Source: a virus (Duplodnaviria > Caudoviricetes). From it: a stretch of DNA of 52,189 nucleotides. The notes under the pieces are model-generated. The model ran no database searches and was not told where the DNA came from. It saw only the letters and a program-made list of their open reading frames with translations. Positions 25,043 through 34,282 of the stretch are shown here, in pieces. The position numbers and the translations under genes were made by a program. The stretch covers positions 1-52,189 of the IMG/VR virus record IMGVR_UViG_3300040960_002552; one strand, given 5' to 3'. Position 1 is the stretch's first letter. Each line of letters begins with the position of its first letter.

Positions 25043-27319
25043 TTACGGTAACTCCATCTGGTCACGGAGGTCCGCAGCAGCCTTAGCATCTCTAAGTGCT
25101 TGCTCCTGCTCAAACTTTCTTTGGCGAAGCTCCATCTCAAGTTCTGCTTTCTGTCGGCGGATCTGCATGTCCACTTGCGCTTGCTGCATCTTCAAGTCAG
25201 CGGCGTTAGGTTGGGGCGGTGCGTCCATTCCCTCTTGCCCTTCGGGTGACATCTCTGCGGCACTGGCTTGTGCCTCCGCTGCCTCCCGCTGCATCTTCTG
25301 CATCTTCTTAGCGGTATTATTAATCGCCTCTTCAGCATACTGAAGGACTTGCTTCGTGTTGCTGATGAGCGGCTGCAAGTCTGCGTCTCCGGCTGCAAGT
25401 TGCAGGGTGTCGCTGATGTGTTGGTAAAATGCTACAAGGGTCTGGTAAACTTGAACGGGGTCTACTGTCCCCTCGTCCATGCCCGTGATAATCTCTTGCA
25501 GGGCCGGAACGTGGATTTGCAGGTGTTTGCCGTGCAGTTCGTTCGACAGTGCCGGAACCTGCTTACCCTCCATAAGGTCGCTGTTCTCAAAGTAGGCGAT
25601 CTTGTCGTCTACGGTTGGGCGACTACCTGGCTCCTTCGGCAAGTATCTGTCCGCAAGGTCATGTCCTACGCTGGTGGCTACCACATCGCGGTCGAGGTTG
25701 CGTTGACCCACTTCGTCGAAACGCCCGGACAACGCTTGCATCTCGCGGAGCGCAACCAACCGCCCTGCCTTTGAACCGTTACCAATGGCACGTAGTGCCT
25801 TGGTCTTGGTAAGGTCTAGCTTCTTGATAAACTCTCTAGGGACTCCGCGAACCTCGCAGCGGCGGTAGAACTCCTTGATTAGTGGGTCTTGGCGTTTGCT
25901 ATCGACAACGCGGCGAACAATCTCGCGCATCAACCGCGTCCACGACACATAAAACAGGTTCAAGGACGCACCTGACAAGCGGGTGCTGATCTCCAGGTCC
26001 GCTGAAACCTGTAACGAGTTCCTGTATGGTGAACCCTGTGTCGGGCTATAGGTGGAGAATGTGTCGGTGTTCTGCGCCAACTGGTTGCTAAGGTCATCCA
26101 AGGCAGGTTTCACTGCTGTCCCCAAGTTCGGGATCGCTCGCTCCACGACTCGCAAATCAGGACTCAGGACTGCGTATCCACCGTAGTAGGTGAACTGCAA
26201 CTCGTCCAAGGCGCGTTGGTTCTCTGCCTGGAGCATGGGTGCGGAACCCAGCATAGCTCCGTCTACCATCTGGCAGCGGAGTCGGTTGCTTGTCTGGATG
26301 TGTGAAAAGATCCGCTGACCCAGACCCCGAATACTGTGGTAGGTTCCGTTGCTGCCCACCCCGTAGGCGAACATGATGTAAGCCTGTTCGGGAGACGAGA
26401 AACGACTCAGCTTCTTATACAGGAAGTCCTTGGGGTTATCTTCGGCACTGATGTAGTGGCTAACCGTCCCGTCCATTTCCCGAACCCAGAAGTGCAGGAC
26501 CGCTACAGTCGGGTTCTGGATTCCGGTGTAGAGGTCGTTGTTCTTGAGTTCGGCTTGCAGTGACTCGTAGTCGGTATACATCGAACCACTGTCCCCGTAA
26601 CGGCGACCCGTGGTCTTGGCGTTCTTCATGATGACGCGCTTCACTTCATCGCAGTTCCAACCGATTTTCTCAGCGGCCTTCTCGTTCTTGATGAAGTGAA
26701 ACAACTCATGCAGCAAGTAGTCCCTGCGACCCACCGCAACGTCAATGCAGTTCTCTGACGCAGGGGTCTGGCGCGGGATAAGGATGTCGGTGAACCCGCC
26801 CACCCGAAACTTCCAATCTTCCGGGGTGTCAAAGTAGGCGACCCCCACACCGTGCTTGATGAAGGTGGTGCAGAGCCGCAGGTAACTGCTGTGGAACTCA
26901 GGCCATGAACGCATCATGTGGGTCAGTTCCTCCCCAACGATGTCCTCAAACACCCCGCGCTCACTAGCCTCTCCGATGGTCCCCTTGACCTCAACGAGTT
27001 TCTCCAGCGAGGTGTATAGGTCCACGTAAGCTGACACGGATATGTCCAGCAGTCGAGTAGCCTCACCGAAGTTAAGGTTCGTCTTCATCGCCTGTCCACT
27101 AGCTGCCAACTTGTCGTTGTTGTAGGGGGCGGCTCCGTCAAACATTCCGTCAATCCTAGCGCGGTTAACTGCGGACTTCTCGTCTGCTTTGCGGAGGGTC
27201 TGGAAAATGGAGATTGCAGCCTTAACGTCTTTCAGCCTAGACTCGACGGGCTTGCCTTTTTCATCAAGTGACCCCAAATCGAGGGCATCAATTTCGAGGT
27301 GTCGGGATTGACTACTCAT
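25043..27319 (-). CDS. Portal (head-tail connector) protein
   Basis: 758 aa, first gene of the head module, Gln-rich helical C-terminus typical of podovirus portals. Confidence 0.75.
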   Translation of the reverse strand: MSSQSRHLEIDALDLGSLDEKGKPVESRLKDVKAAISIFQTLRKADEKSAVNRARIDGMFDGAAPYNNDKLAASGQAMKTNLNFGEATRLLDISVSAYVDLYTSLEKLVEVKGTIGEASERGVFEDIVGEELTHMMRSWPEFHSSYLRLCTTFIKHGVGVAYFDTPEDWKFRVGGFTDILIPRQTPASENCIDVAVGRRDYLLHELFHFIKNEKAAEKIGWNCDEVKRVIMKNAKTTGRRYGDSGSMYTDYESLQAELKNNDLYTGIQNPTVAVLHFWVREMDGTVSHYISAEDNPKDFLYKKLSRFSSPEQAYIMFAYGVGSNGTYHSIRGLGQRIFSHIQTSNRLRCQMVDGAMLGSAPMLQAENQRALDELQFTYYGGYAVLSPDLRVVERAIPNLGTAVKPALDDLSNQLAQNTDTFSTYSPTQGSPYRNSLQVSADLEISTRLSGASLNLFYVSWTRLMREIVRRVVDSKRQDPLIKEFYRRCEVRGVPREFIKKLDLTKTKALRAIGNGSKAGRLVALREMQALSGRFDEVGQRNLDRDVVATSVGHDLADRYLPKEPGSRPTVDDKIAYFENSDLMEGKQVPALSNELHGKHLQIHVPALQEIITGMDEGTVDPVQVYQTLVAFYQHISDTLQLAAGDADLQPLISNTKQVLQYAEEAINNTAKKMQKMQREAAEAQASAAEMSPEGQEGMDAPPQPNAADLKMQQAQVDMQIRRQKAELEMELRQRKFEQEQALRDAKAAADLRDQMELP

Positions 27320-27378
27320 GTGTGATCTAAATACTTAACATAACTCATAGTCAACCTCAGTCAACCAGTTGGAGCCTT

Positions 27379-27531
27379 TCAACGGGGGAAGATGTTTTTG
27401 AATGTGTCATAAACAAACACCAGTGACATCAACATAGCAAACCCAAAAATGAACACGAAAAGCAGAACCGTTGATATAATAACACCACCCAACCCTGTAT
27501 CCTGTAGGGTGTCTCTTCCACCCACAATCAT
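27379..27531 (-). CDS. Small membrane protein (50 aa, not in ORF track)
   Basis: MIVGGRDTLQDTGLGGVIISTVLLFVFIFGFAMLMSLVFVYDTFKNIFPR; ATGA overlap. Confidence 0.55.
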   Translation of the reverse strand: MIVGGRDTLQDTGLGGVIISTVLLFVFIFGFAMLMSLVFVYDTFKNIFPR

Positions 27532-28004
27532 CCTTCCTGAGCCTCTTCTTCTACTAGGAGCTTGATCTTGTCCACCGACATATGGACCCGCTTGCCTGTG
27601 TTCTTCTCCTGTAGCACAAGATACTCTTTGCTGAAACGGGATGCAGGGTGCAGGACAAAGGGAACCCTGCGACCGCGCCCCTTTCGGTAGGGTTTAACGC
27701 GGTAGACCACTCCAGCCCCATCAATGGCGTAGTCCTCAAACCCAGGGATGGCTCGCCCTCCCCACTCCTGGAATATCTTCTCATGGGTCAGGGTCTGGTC
27801 GAGGATCGGAACACCGCCCACGAAGTCTTCGTGATAGACCTTGCGCCTAATCCCGTCCGAACACTTGATGATGCAGTATGCCATGTTGGAGTTACGCACT
27901 ACCTCGTAGCGAGTCTTCAACTTCTTTCTGAGGGGGACATAGACCATGACCCCACTTTCGGTCATCACATGGTCTGGGAAGTCAGGGTGTTTGTGTAGAT
28001 TCAT
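27528..28004 (-). CDS. NUMOD4-like protein without a recognisable HNH motif
   Basis: AIPGFEDYAIDGAGVVY resembles NUMOD4; a similar degenerate unit sits at the N-terminus. Confidence 0.5.
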   Translation of the reverse strand: MNLHKHPDFPDHVMTESGVMVYVPLRKKLKTRYEVVRNSNMAYCIIKCSDGIRRKVYHEDFVGGVPILDQTLTHEKIFQEWGGRAIPGFEDYAIDGAGVVYRVKPYRKGRGRRVPFVLHPASRFSKEYLVLQEKNTGKRVHMSVDKIKLLVEEEAQEG

Positions 28005-28825
28005 TATATTTTACGTTTTAAGGTGTTTTTATGTGTCTCCGCTGTGGTTACCCTCTGAAACCCCAAAAACGCCTCAGAATCCAATCTGGGGCCATTACGG
28101 GGTATCTCTACCAAGTAGCCGTAACCTGGTTCGTTGAGAGTGCGCGGATACATCGTTCGCCGCCAGAGTAGCGGACACAGGGTTCGGGGTCAAGCAGAAG
28201 TTGTGTTTTAATGCGCTTTCGATACAGGAACGTGTGTTTTAATGCACAGCATCTTCTTATAAAAAAGTCTTCTAAGGTTTCAGTTGTGTTTGTCTGGCTC
28301 AGATAAACACAACAAGCCTCATAGGAGACTTTTTTTAGGGGTATATAACAATAAAACACACGTTATTTTCTTTCGCACAGAGGGGTCGCGCCACCCCCCG
28401 TTCCCCCATCCAATTTTCCCTGTTTCCTCTTTCCAGAATCATGAATCGGGGTTCGGGAATCGGAGACTCGAAATCCCGTAAATTTTTTCACAGACACGTA
28501 TATACATACAAGACACACGCGGGAAAAACCTGGTGGGGGACGGGTGGCGTAGGGAGCACGGGCGCGGGGCAGTGATTCCCCTTCCCTGTATCCCGCTTCT
28601 GGCTCCCGGCTTCACGGTGCCGGGACCAGGGCAAAGGAATCATGATGCAGGATTCCGGTCCCGTTTTCAAAATCGGTTTTTCAAAGTGAGGTCACTCCAC
28701 ACGATATCAGAAACATTCAATTTAATGTTGACAGGTCACTTCATTTGATTTAAATATTACCGTTGACAGGAAACCACCGAATCCCGTTTCCTGAAACCTG
28801 AAACCTGAAACCTGAAACCTGAATA
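28005..28825. other. Non-coding strand-switch region; candidate genome terminus or packaging region
   Basis: Divergent late (-) and early (+) blocks; no convincing ORF; G-run cluster; TTGACA boxes at 28728 and 28763. Confidence 0.55.
28790..28823 (+). repeat. (CCTGAAA)n heptamer array before a start codon
   Basis: Four full copies and one partial copy ending 2 nt before the ATG at 28826. Confidence 0.9.
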
Positions 28826-29554
28826 ATGAAAACACACATCACCCCCAAATCCGGAAACGGAAAAGTTGGGCCCATCCCAGTGACTACGAGTAGCGCGGAA
28901 ACCTGCGCATTGTCCTGCCCTTTTAATCATGCAAACGAGGGAGGATGTTATGCGGAATCCGGGCCCCTTAAGCTTCACTGGGACAAAGTGACGCGAGGGG
29001 AGAGAGGGGAAACCTGGAACGAGTTTCTCGATTCTCTCATCACTACCTTGCGCAAATCGGAAGACCCGCGCCAATTGTGGAGGCACAACCAGGCAGGAGA
29101 TCTCCCTGGAAACGGAAACGAGATCGACGTTCAACAGCTGGCCGATCTCGTTAGGGCAAACGGAAACCGGAGAGGGTGGACATACACACACAAACCTGTT
29201 TTGAACGGACAGGACAAACCGGAAACCGTTTCCACGAATCGTGACGCTGTCAGGATGGCAAACGAGGGCGGTTTCACTGTTAACCTTTCCGCCAATAATT
29301 TGAGTCACGCGGACGAGCTGGTATCGCTTGGTATCGCTCCGGTTGCCACTGTCCTTCCAAAGGAAACCGAAGGACGGAAACTGGAAACTCCGGAGGGAAG
29401 GCCAGTCGTCGTTTGCCCTGCTACGCTTCCAGGCTCGAACGTCACATGCGCCACATGCGGTTTGTGCGCAGTGGGAAACCTTAACAGACCAATTGTCGGG
29501 TTTCCCGCCCATGGGACCGGAGCGAAGAAAGCCGACGCGGTAGCGTCCCGATAG
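28826..29554 (+). CDS. Cys-rich Gp88-like (putative Fe-S) protein
   Basis: N.KVG, TCALSCP......GCYA, WRH.QAGD, WTYTH, NLS, CPA......TCATCGLC. Confidence 0.6.
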   Translation: MKTHITPKSGNGKVGPIPVTTSSAETCALSCPFNHANEGGCYAESGPLKLHWDKVTRGERGETWNEFLDSLITTLRKSEDPRQLWRHNQAGDLPGNGNEIDVQQLADLVRANGNRRGWTYTHKPVLNGQDKPETVSTNRDAVRMANEGGFTVNLSANNLSHADELVSLGIAPVATVLPKETEGRKLETPEGRPVVVCPATLPGSNVTCATCGLCAVGNLNRPIVGFPAHGTGAKKADAVASR

Positions 29555-29569
29555 CGTGCCAGGTATCGC

Positions 29570-29598
29570 AAGGGGCCCCTCGAAAAGGGGCCCCTTTT
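29570..29598 (+). terminator. Rho-independent terminator
   Basis: aaggggcccct-cgaaa-aggggcccctttt. Confidence 0.85.
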
Positions 29599-29602
29599 CT
29601 AT

Positions 29603-30074
29603 GTACCGGTCTCACGCTCTACCGGTCTCACGCTCTCACGCTCTCACGCTCTACCGGTCTCACGCTCTCACGCTCTCACGCTCTCACGCTCTACCGGTCT
29701 CACGGTCTCACGCTCTACCGGTCTCACGGTCTCACGCTCTACCGGTCTCACGGTCTCACGCTCTACCGGTCTCACGGTCTCACGCTCTACCGGTCTCACG
29801 GTCTCACGCTCTCACGCTCTACCGGTCTCACGGTCTCACCTGGCACAGCCGCACATGCTCTCACGCACTCACTCACGCACACTCACGCACACACGCACTC
29901 ACTCACGCACACACGCGCACTCACTCACGCACACTCACGCACACACGCACACTCACGCACACACGCACACACACGCGCACACACGCGCACACACGCGCAC
30001 ACACGCGCACACACGCGCACACACTCACGCACACACGCGCACACACTCACGCACACACGCGCACACACTCACGC
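29603..30074. repeat. About 470-bp octamer-based tandem array
   Basis: cgctctca/cggtctca/cgctctac units, changing to cgcactca/cgcacaca (CA/CG alternating). Confidence 0.95.
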
Positions 30075-30098
30075 ATCCCGAACCCTGGAACCTGATCC

Positions 30099-30186
30099 CT
30101 GAACAATTTTATTTCGAGCCATAACACCCTGACCAGGAGCGGTTTACGCCTGACCTAGAAAGAAAGTTTACATTTTTCTGTTGACT
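30099..30186 (+). repeat. 88-bp direct repeat, copy 1 (ends in a -35 box)
   Basis: Matches 31527-31614 with 3 mismatches; ends in TTGACT. Confidence 0.9.
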
Positions 30187-30217
30187 ATTTAAGGTGGAGG
30201 ATTCATGGTTCCGGCGT

Positions 30218-30673
30218 ATGAAAACTGAAACGAAATTCGTGGAGGATAAAGCCTCCGCGACGTATGTCGATTATCCTGACTCCATTTTTCATGGGTGCCA
30301 GGACCGATCAGTCTCCCACTGGGGAGACTACAAAATGACCACCCGATCCGCGGGGGTAGACTCCCGTTGCGGGGAGGTAGCCCACCCAGAACTCGGAGTG
30401 GTCGCAATCTTAACCGAAATCCGTCGCCCCAATGGGGTGACGGGGATCGCGTGGGCGTCCACGCACCCAGTCTCTAAAGACTGGGACATCTGCCAAGACT
30501 ACCTTGGCAACAAGCTTGATCTTGCCAAGCAAGCTCAGGAGGAGTATGAGGCTGTGCGGTCCCTGCAAAGGGATCGCTCAGAATTTGTAACCCTCAAAGA
30601 GGGTTACAGAGGCACTCACTTGTCTGCCTACCTCAAGAGAGTGGGCAGGGAAGACCTGCTGTATCTTGTCTAA
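30218..30673 (+). CDS. Early hypothetical protein
   Basis: ATG at 30218 after ggttccggcgt, probably leaderless. Confidence 0.65.
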   Translation: MKTETKFVEDKASATYVDYPDSIFHGCQDRSVSHWGDYKMTTRSAGVDSRCGEVAHPELGVVAILTEIRRPNGVTGIAWASTHPVSKDWDICQDYLGNKLDLAKQAQEEYEAVRSLQRDRSEFVTLKEGYRGTHLSAYLKRVGREDLLYLV

Positions 30674-30684
30674 GGTTCCGGCGT

Positions 30685-30885
30685 ATGAAACTTGAATCCA
30701 TTATCGGGCATCCTGATGCCTTCCTCTTTGAAACGATCACTCACGACGGCGTCGACGCTATCGTGTCTGGCCTCCGCGAAGGCGATCCAGATGAGGAATT
30801 GATCATCGCGGTCGAAGACACTCACCACTTTTCAAAAATCTACGTCCTCGCCAAAGAGGATGTAGATGTCATCCCAAAATCCTAA
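30685..30885 (+). CDS. Early small acidic protein
   Basis: Same ggttccggcgtATGAAA start context as 30218. Confidence 0.65.
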   Translation: MKLESIIGHPDAFLFETITHDGVDAIVSGLREGDPDEELIIAVEDTHHFSKIYVLAKEDVDVIPKS

Positions 30886-30894
30886 CACAATAAA

Positions 30895-31515
30895 ATGAAA
30901 AAAGAAATCGTAATACTTAACGGGCGCGGAGAGTCCATGAGAGTCTCCGCCCTTGTCGTCACCCACCCGCACCCTACTATCGGCGCGGTGGGAATCCACA
31001 AATCCCTTCCGGGATCGGCGTCTACGTGGTCCGCAACTCACGTTCGTTCTGGGCTGAGAATCACTAGAGGTGACACTCGGAAGTCTCTGGTGGAAGAAAT
31101 GACCACTAGGGAGTTCACCGATTCCCAACTGGCAATCGTCGCTGCCGCTGCCGATGCCCCTGAGATGGAAGAGACCACGCCCCCCGCCCCTCAGAAGGAG
31201 ACACGGAAAAGCGTGGACCTCGACGCTATCGTCGATGCGGTTAATCAAGTGGTCACGCTCAGTGACCGTGAGCGCAAAGCAGTTCGCGATGCACTGTCAT
31301 CGCGTAGTGGTAGGCTCAAGGCGTCCGCCCCTGTCGAATCGTGGGCAAAAGCGGCCTGGAACGGGCTACAGCCTAACCCTTGGAAGATTCAAATCGGGGC
31401 GATGATGTTCCTCCCTGATGAGGAGCGTGACCTCCTCCATCGTCTCTCTAAACACACCTGGCCCGTCGCGCTCGACAAGGACATCGAATCCCTAACACGC
31501 ATGGGCGTTGCATAA
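30895..31515 (+). CDS. Early hypothetical protein
   Basis: 206-aa ORF; WSATH..SG motif. Confidence 0.7.
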   Translation: MKKEIVILNGRGESMRVSALVVTHPHPTIGAVGIHKSLPGSASTWSATHVRSGLRITRGDTRKSLVEEMTTREFTDSQLAIVAAAADAPEMEETTPPAPQKETRKSVDLDAIVDAVNQVVTLSDRERKAVRDALSSRSGRLKASAPVESWAKAAWNGLQPNPWKIQIGAMMFLPDEERDLLHRLSKHTWPVALDKDIESLTRMGVA

Positions 31516-31526
31516 ACCACTGAACA

Positions 31527-31614
31527 CTGAACAATTTTATTTCGAGCCATAACACCCTGGCCAGGAACGGTTTACGCCTGACCTAAAAAGAAAGTTTACA
31601 TTTTTCTGTTGACT
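31527..31614 (+). repeat. 88-bp direct repeat, copy 2 (ends in a -35 box)
   Basis: Matches 30099-30186; its TTGACT is followed 16 bp later by GAAACT. Confidence 0.9.
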
Positions 31615-31656
31615 GTTTGCCCGGGACGACGAAACTTGTAGCCTGTAACCTGTAAA

Positions 31657-32526
31657 ATGAAAAAGACAAAAGAAATACAGCAAATGGTGACCGACAGGAT
31701 CACCAATCTACTCGACCAAGGGGTTAACCCATGGCAGAAGTGTTGGAAGGGAATCCGTGAGAGCGGAATGCCTTTCAACCTCAACAGTAAGCGCGCCTAC
31801 TCAGGTGCGAACGTGCCGCTTCTCCTGCTCAAAGGAGGCGACTGTCCGGCGTGGGTGACCTATAAGGGGGCGCAAGAGCTTGGCGGTAACGTCAGAAAGG
31901 GCGCGAAATCCACTGCCATCGTCTTCTGGAACTTCCTTAAGCGCAAGGACGCATCCGGTGAGGAGAAGACATTTCCCATGCTCAAGACCTACAGGGTCTT
32001 TAACGCCCTTCACGACTGCGAAGGATTGGAAGAGCATCTTGAGGCGATCCGCCCCGATGACATCCTCCCCAGCGTCCCTGAGTCTGCACTGGCAGACTAC
32101 GTCGAGCGTGAGGGCATCAAGCTCCAGCACGGCGGGAATCAAGCCTACTTTGCCCCTGCACTGGATCTAGTGCAGATGCCGCACCAACAGAGTTTTAAGA
32201 GCGATGCTCACTACCAGTCAGTGCTGGCACATGAGTGTGTCCACTCCACCGGAACTAAGGACAGACTGAACCGCAAGGGGCTGACCGAAAATGCTGCCTT
32301 CGGAAGTGAGACGTATGCCTTCGAGGAACTGGTAGCTGAGATCGGCGCATGTATCACATGCGCCAATCTGGGAATCGAACCTGACTGGGACAACTCCGCT
32401 GCCTACCTAAAGAACTGGTCAGACGCACTGAAGGACAATCCGTCGTGGATGGTTTCCGCCAGTGGCAAGGGCGCGAAGGCCGCGTCCTTCATCCTCAACC
32501 TTAACCCCGAACAACCTGAGTCCTGA
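31657..32526 (+). CDS. ardC: ArdC-family antirestriction ssDNA-binding protein with zincin-like domain
   Basis: PWQKCW, YSGAN, WVTYK.A..LGG.VRKG.K, VFN, LAHECVHSTG, YAFEELVAEIGA, AAYLKNW. Confidence 0.9.
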   Translation: MKKTKEIQQMVTDRITNLLDQGVNPWQKCWKGIRESGMPFNLNSKRAYSGANVPLLLLKGGDCPAWVTYKGAQELGGNVRKGAKSTAIVFWNFLKRKDASGEEKTFPMLKTYRVFNALHDCEGLEEHLEAIRPDDILPSVPESALADYVEREGIKLQHGGNQAYFAPALDLVQMPHQQSFKSDAHYQSVLAHECVHSTGTKDRLNRKGLTENAAFGSETYAFEELVAEIGACITCANLGIEPDWDNSAAYLKNWSDALKDNPSWMVSASGKGAKAASFILNLNPEQPES

Positions 32527-32559
32527 TTCCCTTTACCCTTTACCCTTTACCCTTTACCC

Positions 32560-32781
32560 ATGAAACAAGAAACCATTGCGAAAGCATTCAACATTCAAAA
32601 AGACGGATACCTCTTCCTCACCGGAGCCAGCAACATTGATGGTCTACTATGGGCATCTGAAGATGAAACCTCGCCGGATCACTACGTAGAATTTGAATCC
32701 AGACAGGATGCGGAGGATTTCATCAATCGCCATGAAGTCGCTGAAGCAGAGATCGTCGAGTGCGATTCGCTATGGGCGTGA
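32560..32781 (+). CDS. Early small acidic protein
   Basis: Preceded by four copies of the CCCTTTA heptamer. Confidence 0.65.
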   Translation: MKQETIAKAFNIQKDGYLFLTGASNIDGLLWASEDETSPDHYVEFESRQDAEDFINRHEVAEAEIVECDSLWA

Positions 32782-32812
32782 ACAACGAAACTTGTAACCT
32801 GTAACCTGTAAA

Positions 32813-33118
32813 ATGAAAATAACCACTTACGAAATTACCATTCGCACCACCTCTGAACACGCCGCCGCTCGCAAGAACGGCAAAAAGGGAGGCCGCCCCA
32901 AGATCGTAGTCACTGCTGGCATGGGCAGTTGCCATTGCGGCGACTGTTACGTCAGAGTATTCTCTGACGGCACAATCCAATATCAGGGTTCCGAAAAGTG
33001 GCAACGCAGCGACCGTCGCCCGTTCATGGGAGACGATGAGCCGTATCGGCCCTACAACTCCCGGCTAACGGTCGAGGCTTACCAGAAAGCCACGGCCCGC
33101 CAAACCGCGATGCGCTGA
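32813..33118 (+). CDS. Early protein with RKNGKKGGRP motif
   Basis: Shares its first 19 aa with 33231-33524. Confidence 0.65.
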   Translation: MKITTYEITIRTTSEHAAARKNGKKGGRPKIVVTAGMGSCHCGDCYVRVFSDGTIQYQGSEKWQRSDRRPFMGDDEPYRPYNSRLTVEAYQKATARQTAMR

Positions 33119-33230
33119 AGAAAGGCAAGCTTCCTTGGACGATAAGCACCAGCGGGGAGATCGCGCCCGTGAAATTAGCTACGCCAGAAAAATGGCTGAA
33201 TCCGAACTTTATTTTTAAGTAACCTGTAAA

Positions 33231-33524
33231 ATGAAAATAACCACCTACGAAATTACCATTCGCACCACCTCTGAACACGCCGCCGCCTTGCGCGGGGCGG
33301 GTTGTTCTGGGGGCATGACCCACCTCCGCTATGATGGAGAGGACTTCCGCGAGGGCGCATTTGATGTCGCAACATGGCGTGACGAAAATGAAGCTCGAGA
33401 AAACTTCGGTCGATTAGCTGACGACAGCTTCGGACCAGGGATGGAAATGGTCTTATCCCGTGAAATCTATGACGACGAAACTGACGAATTTGAAACTGAA
33501 GATATTCTTGTCGAGGGTGTTTGA
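33231..33524 (+). CDS. Early acidic protein
   Basis: Shares its first 19 aa with 32813-33118. Confidence 0.65.
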   Translation: MKITTYEITIRTTSEHAAALRGAGCSGGMTHLRYDGEDFREGAFDVATWRDENEARENFGRLADDSFGPGMEMVLSREIYDDETDEFETEDILVEGV

Positions 33525-33563
33525 GATTAAGAAAATTGAACCCTGTAACCTGTAGCCTGTAAA

Positions 33564-33926
33564 ATGAAACTCACTCTCGTAAGGGGAATCCCAGGTAGTG
33601 GAAAATCTACGTATGCCAGGGGACTCGGAATCCCAGACCACTACGAAGCCGACATGTGGTTTGCGGAGCGTGGGGGATTCGACCCTGCGAAACTGAACGA
33701 AGCCCATGCGTGGTGCTTTGAGAAAGCCAAGGAAGCAATGGACTCAGGCAGATCGGTAGTCGTGTCGAACACCTTCATCCGAAGGTGGGAGATGCAGAGA
33801 TACATCGCCTATGCGGAATCCCTCGGCATCCCTGTCGAAGAGATCGTGATGACTGGCGACTATGGCAGTATCCACAATGTGCCGGAATACACTGTTGAAA
33901 GGATGCGCCAAAACTTCGAAAATTGA
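33564..33926 (+). CDS. P-loop kinase (AAA_33 / polynucleotide kinase-like)
   Basis: RGIPGSGKST, EAD, AH.WC, VVVSNTF, HNVP. Confidence 0.85.
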   Translation: MKLTLVRGIPGSGKSTYARGLGIPDHYEADMWFAERGGFDPAKLNEAHAWCFEKAKEAMDSGRSVVVSNTFIRRWEMQRYIAYAESLGIPVEEIVMTGDYGSIHNVPEYTVERMRQNFEN

Positions 33927-33950
33927 ACCCTGTAACCTGTAGCCTGTAAA

Positions 33951-34169
33951 ATGAAACTGAAAAAATCAATAGACCGAAACGGTAATTCGATTCTGAGAAT
34001 CGAAACTCCCCGTGGAGGATTCTCCGTTCAAACCAACGGGAACCTGCCCTTCGCGCATGGATGCCCGACAGAAACCCTGGCGGAAAAAAGCTCAATCATC
34101 TTTGAGGAAATCCGCGCCTTTGTGATGGCGCACGGGACTCGCCGCCAGAAGAGAATCATCAAAAGCTGA
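33951..34169 (+). CDS. Early hypothetical protein
   Basis: CCTGTAA start motif; FSVQTNGNLP. Confidence 0.65.
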   Translation: MKLKKSIDRNGNSILRIETPRGGFSVQTNGNLPFAHGCPTETLAEKSSIIFEEIRAFVMAHGTRRQKRIIKS

Positions 34170-34219
34170 ATCTTGACTCCCTCCTCCCTATCTGAATTAA
34201 AAATAGTTAAAATTAATTG

Positions 34220-34248
34220 TTGACAGTAGGATTTTAATATCGTAATAT
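34220..34248 (+). promoter_or_regulatory. Sigma70-like early promoter
   Basis: TTGACA-17 bp-TAATAT with an AT-rich upstream element. Confidence 0.7.
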
Positions 34249-34282
34249 TACAAGCAGCAGGGGGTGTTCCCCACAAGCAATT

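Noticed and set aside
28757-29571. 251-aa and 88-aa - strand ORFs
   Set aside because: Antisense to a well-supported gene that has its own terminator
29603-30074. Possible CRISPR array
   Set aside because: Contiguous short tandem units with no unique spacers; no cas operon (the Cas4-like gene is a phage replication-module nuclease)
29556-30124. ORFs with SRSHALPV / THAH repeats
   Set aside because: Stop-free by-products of the octamer array; one runs through a terminator
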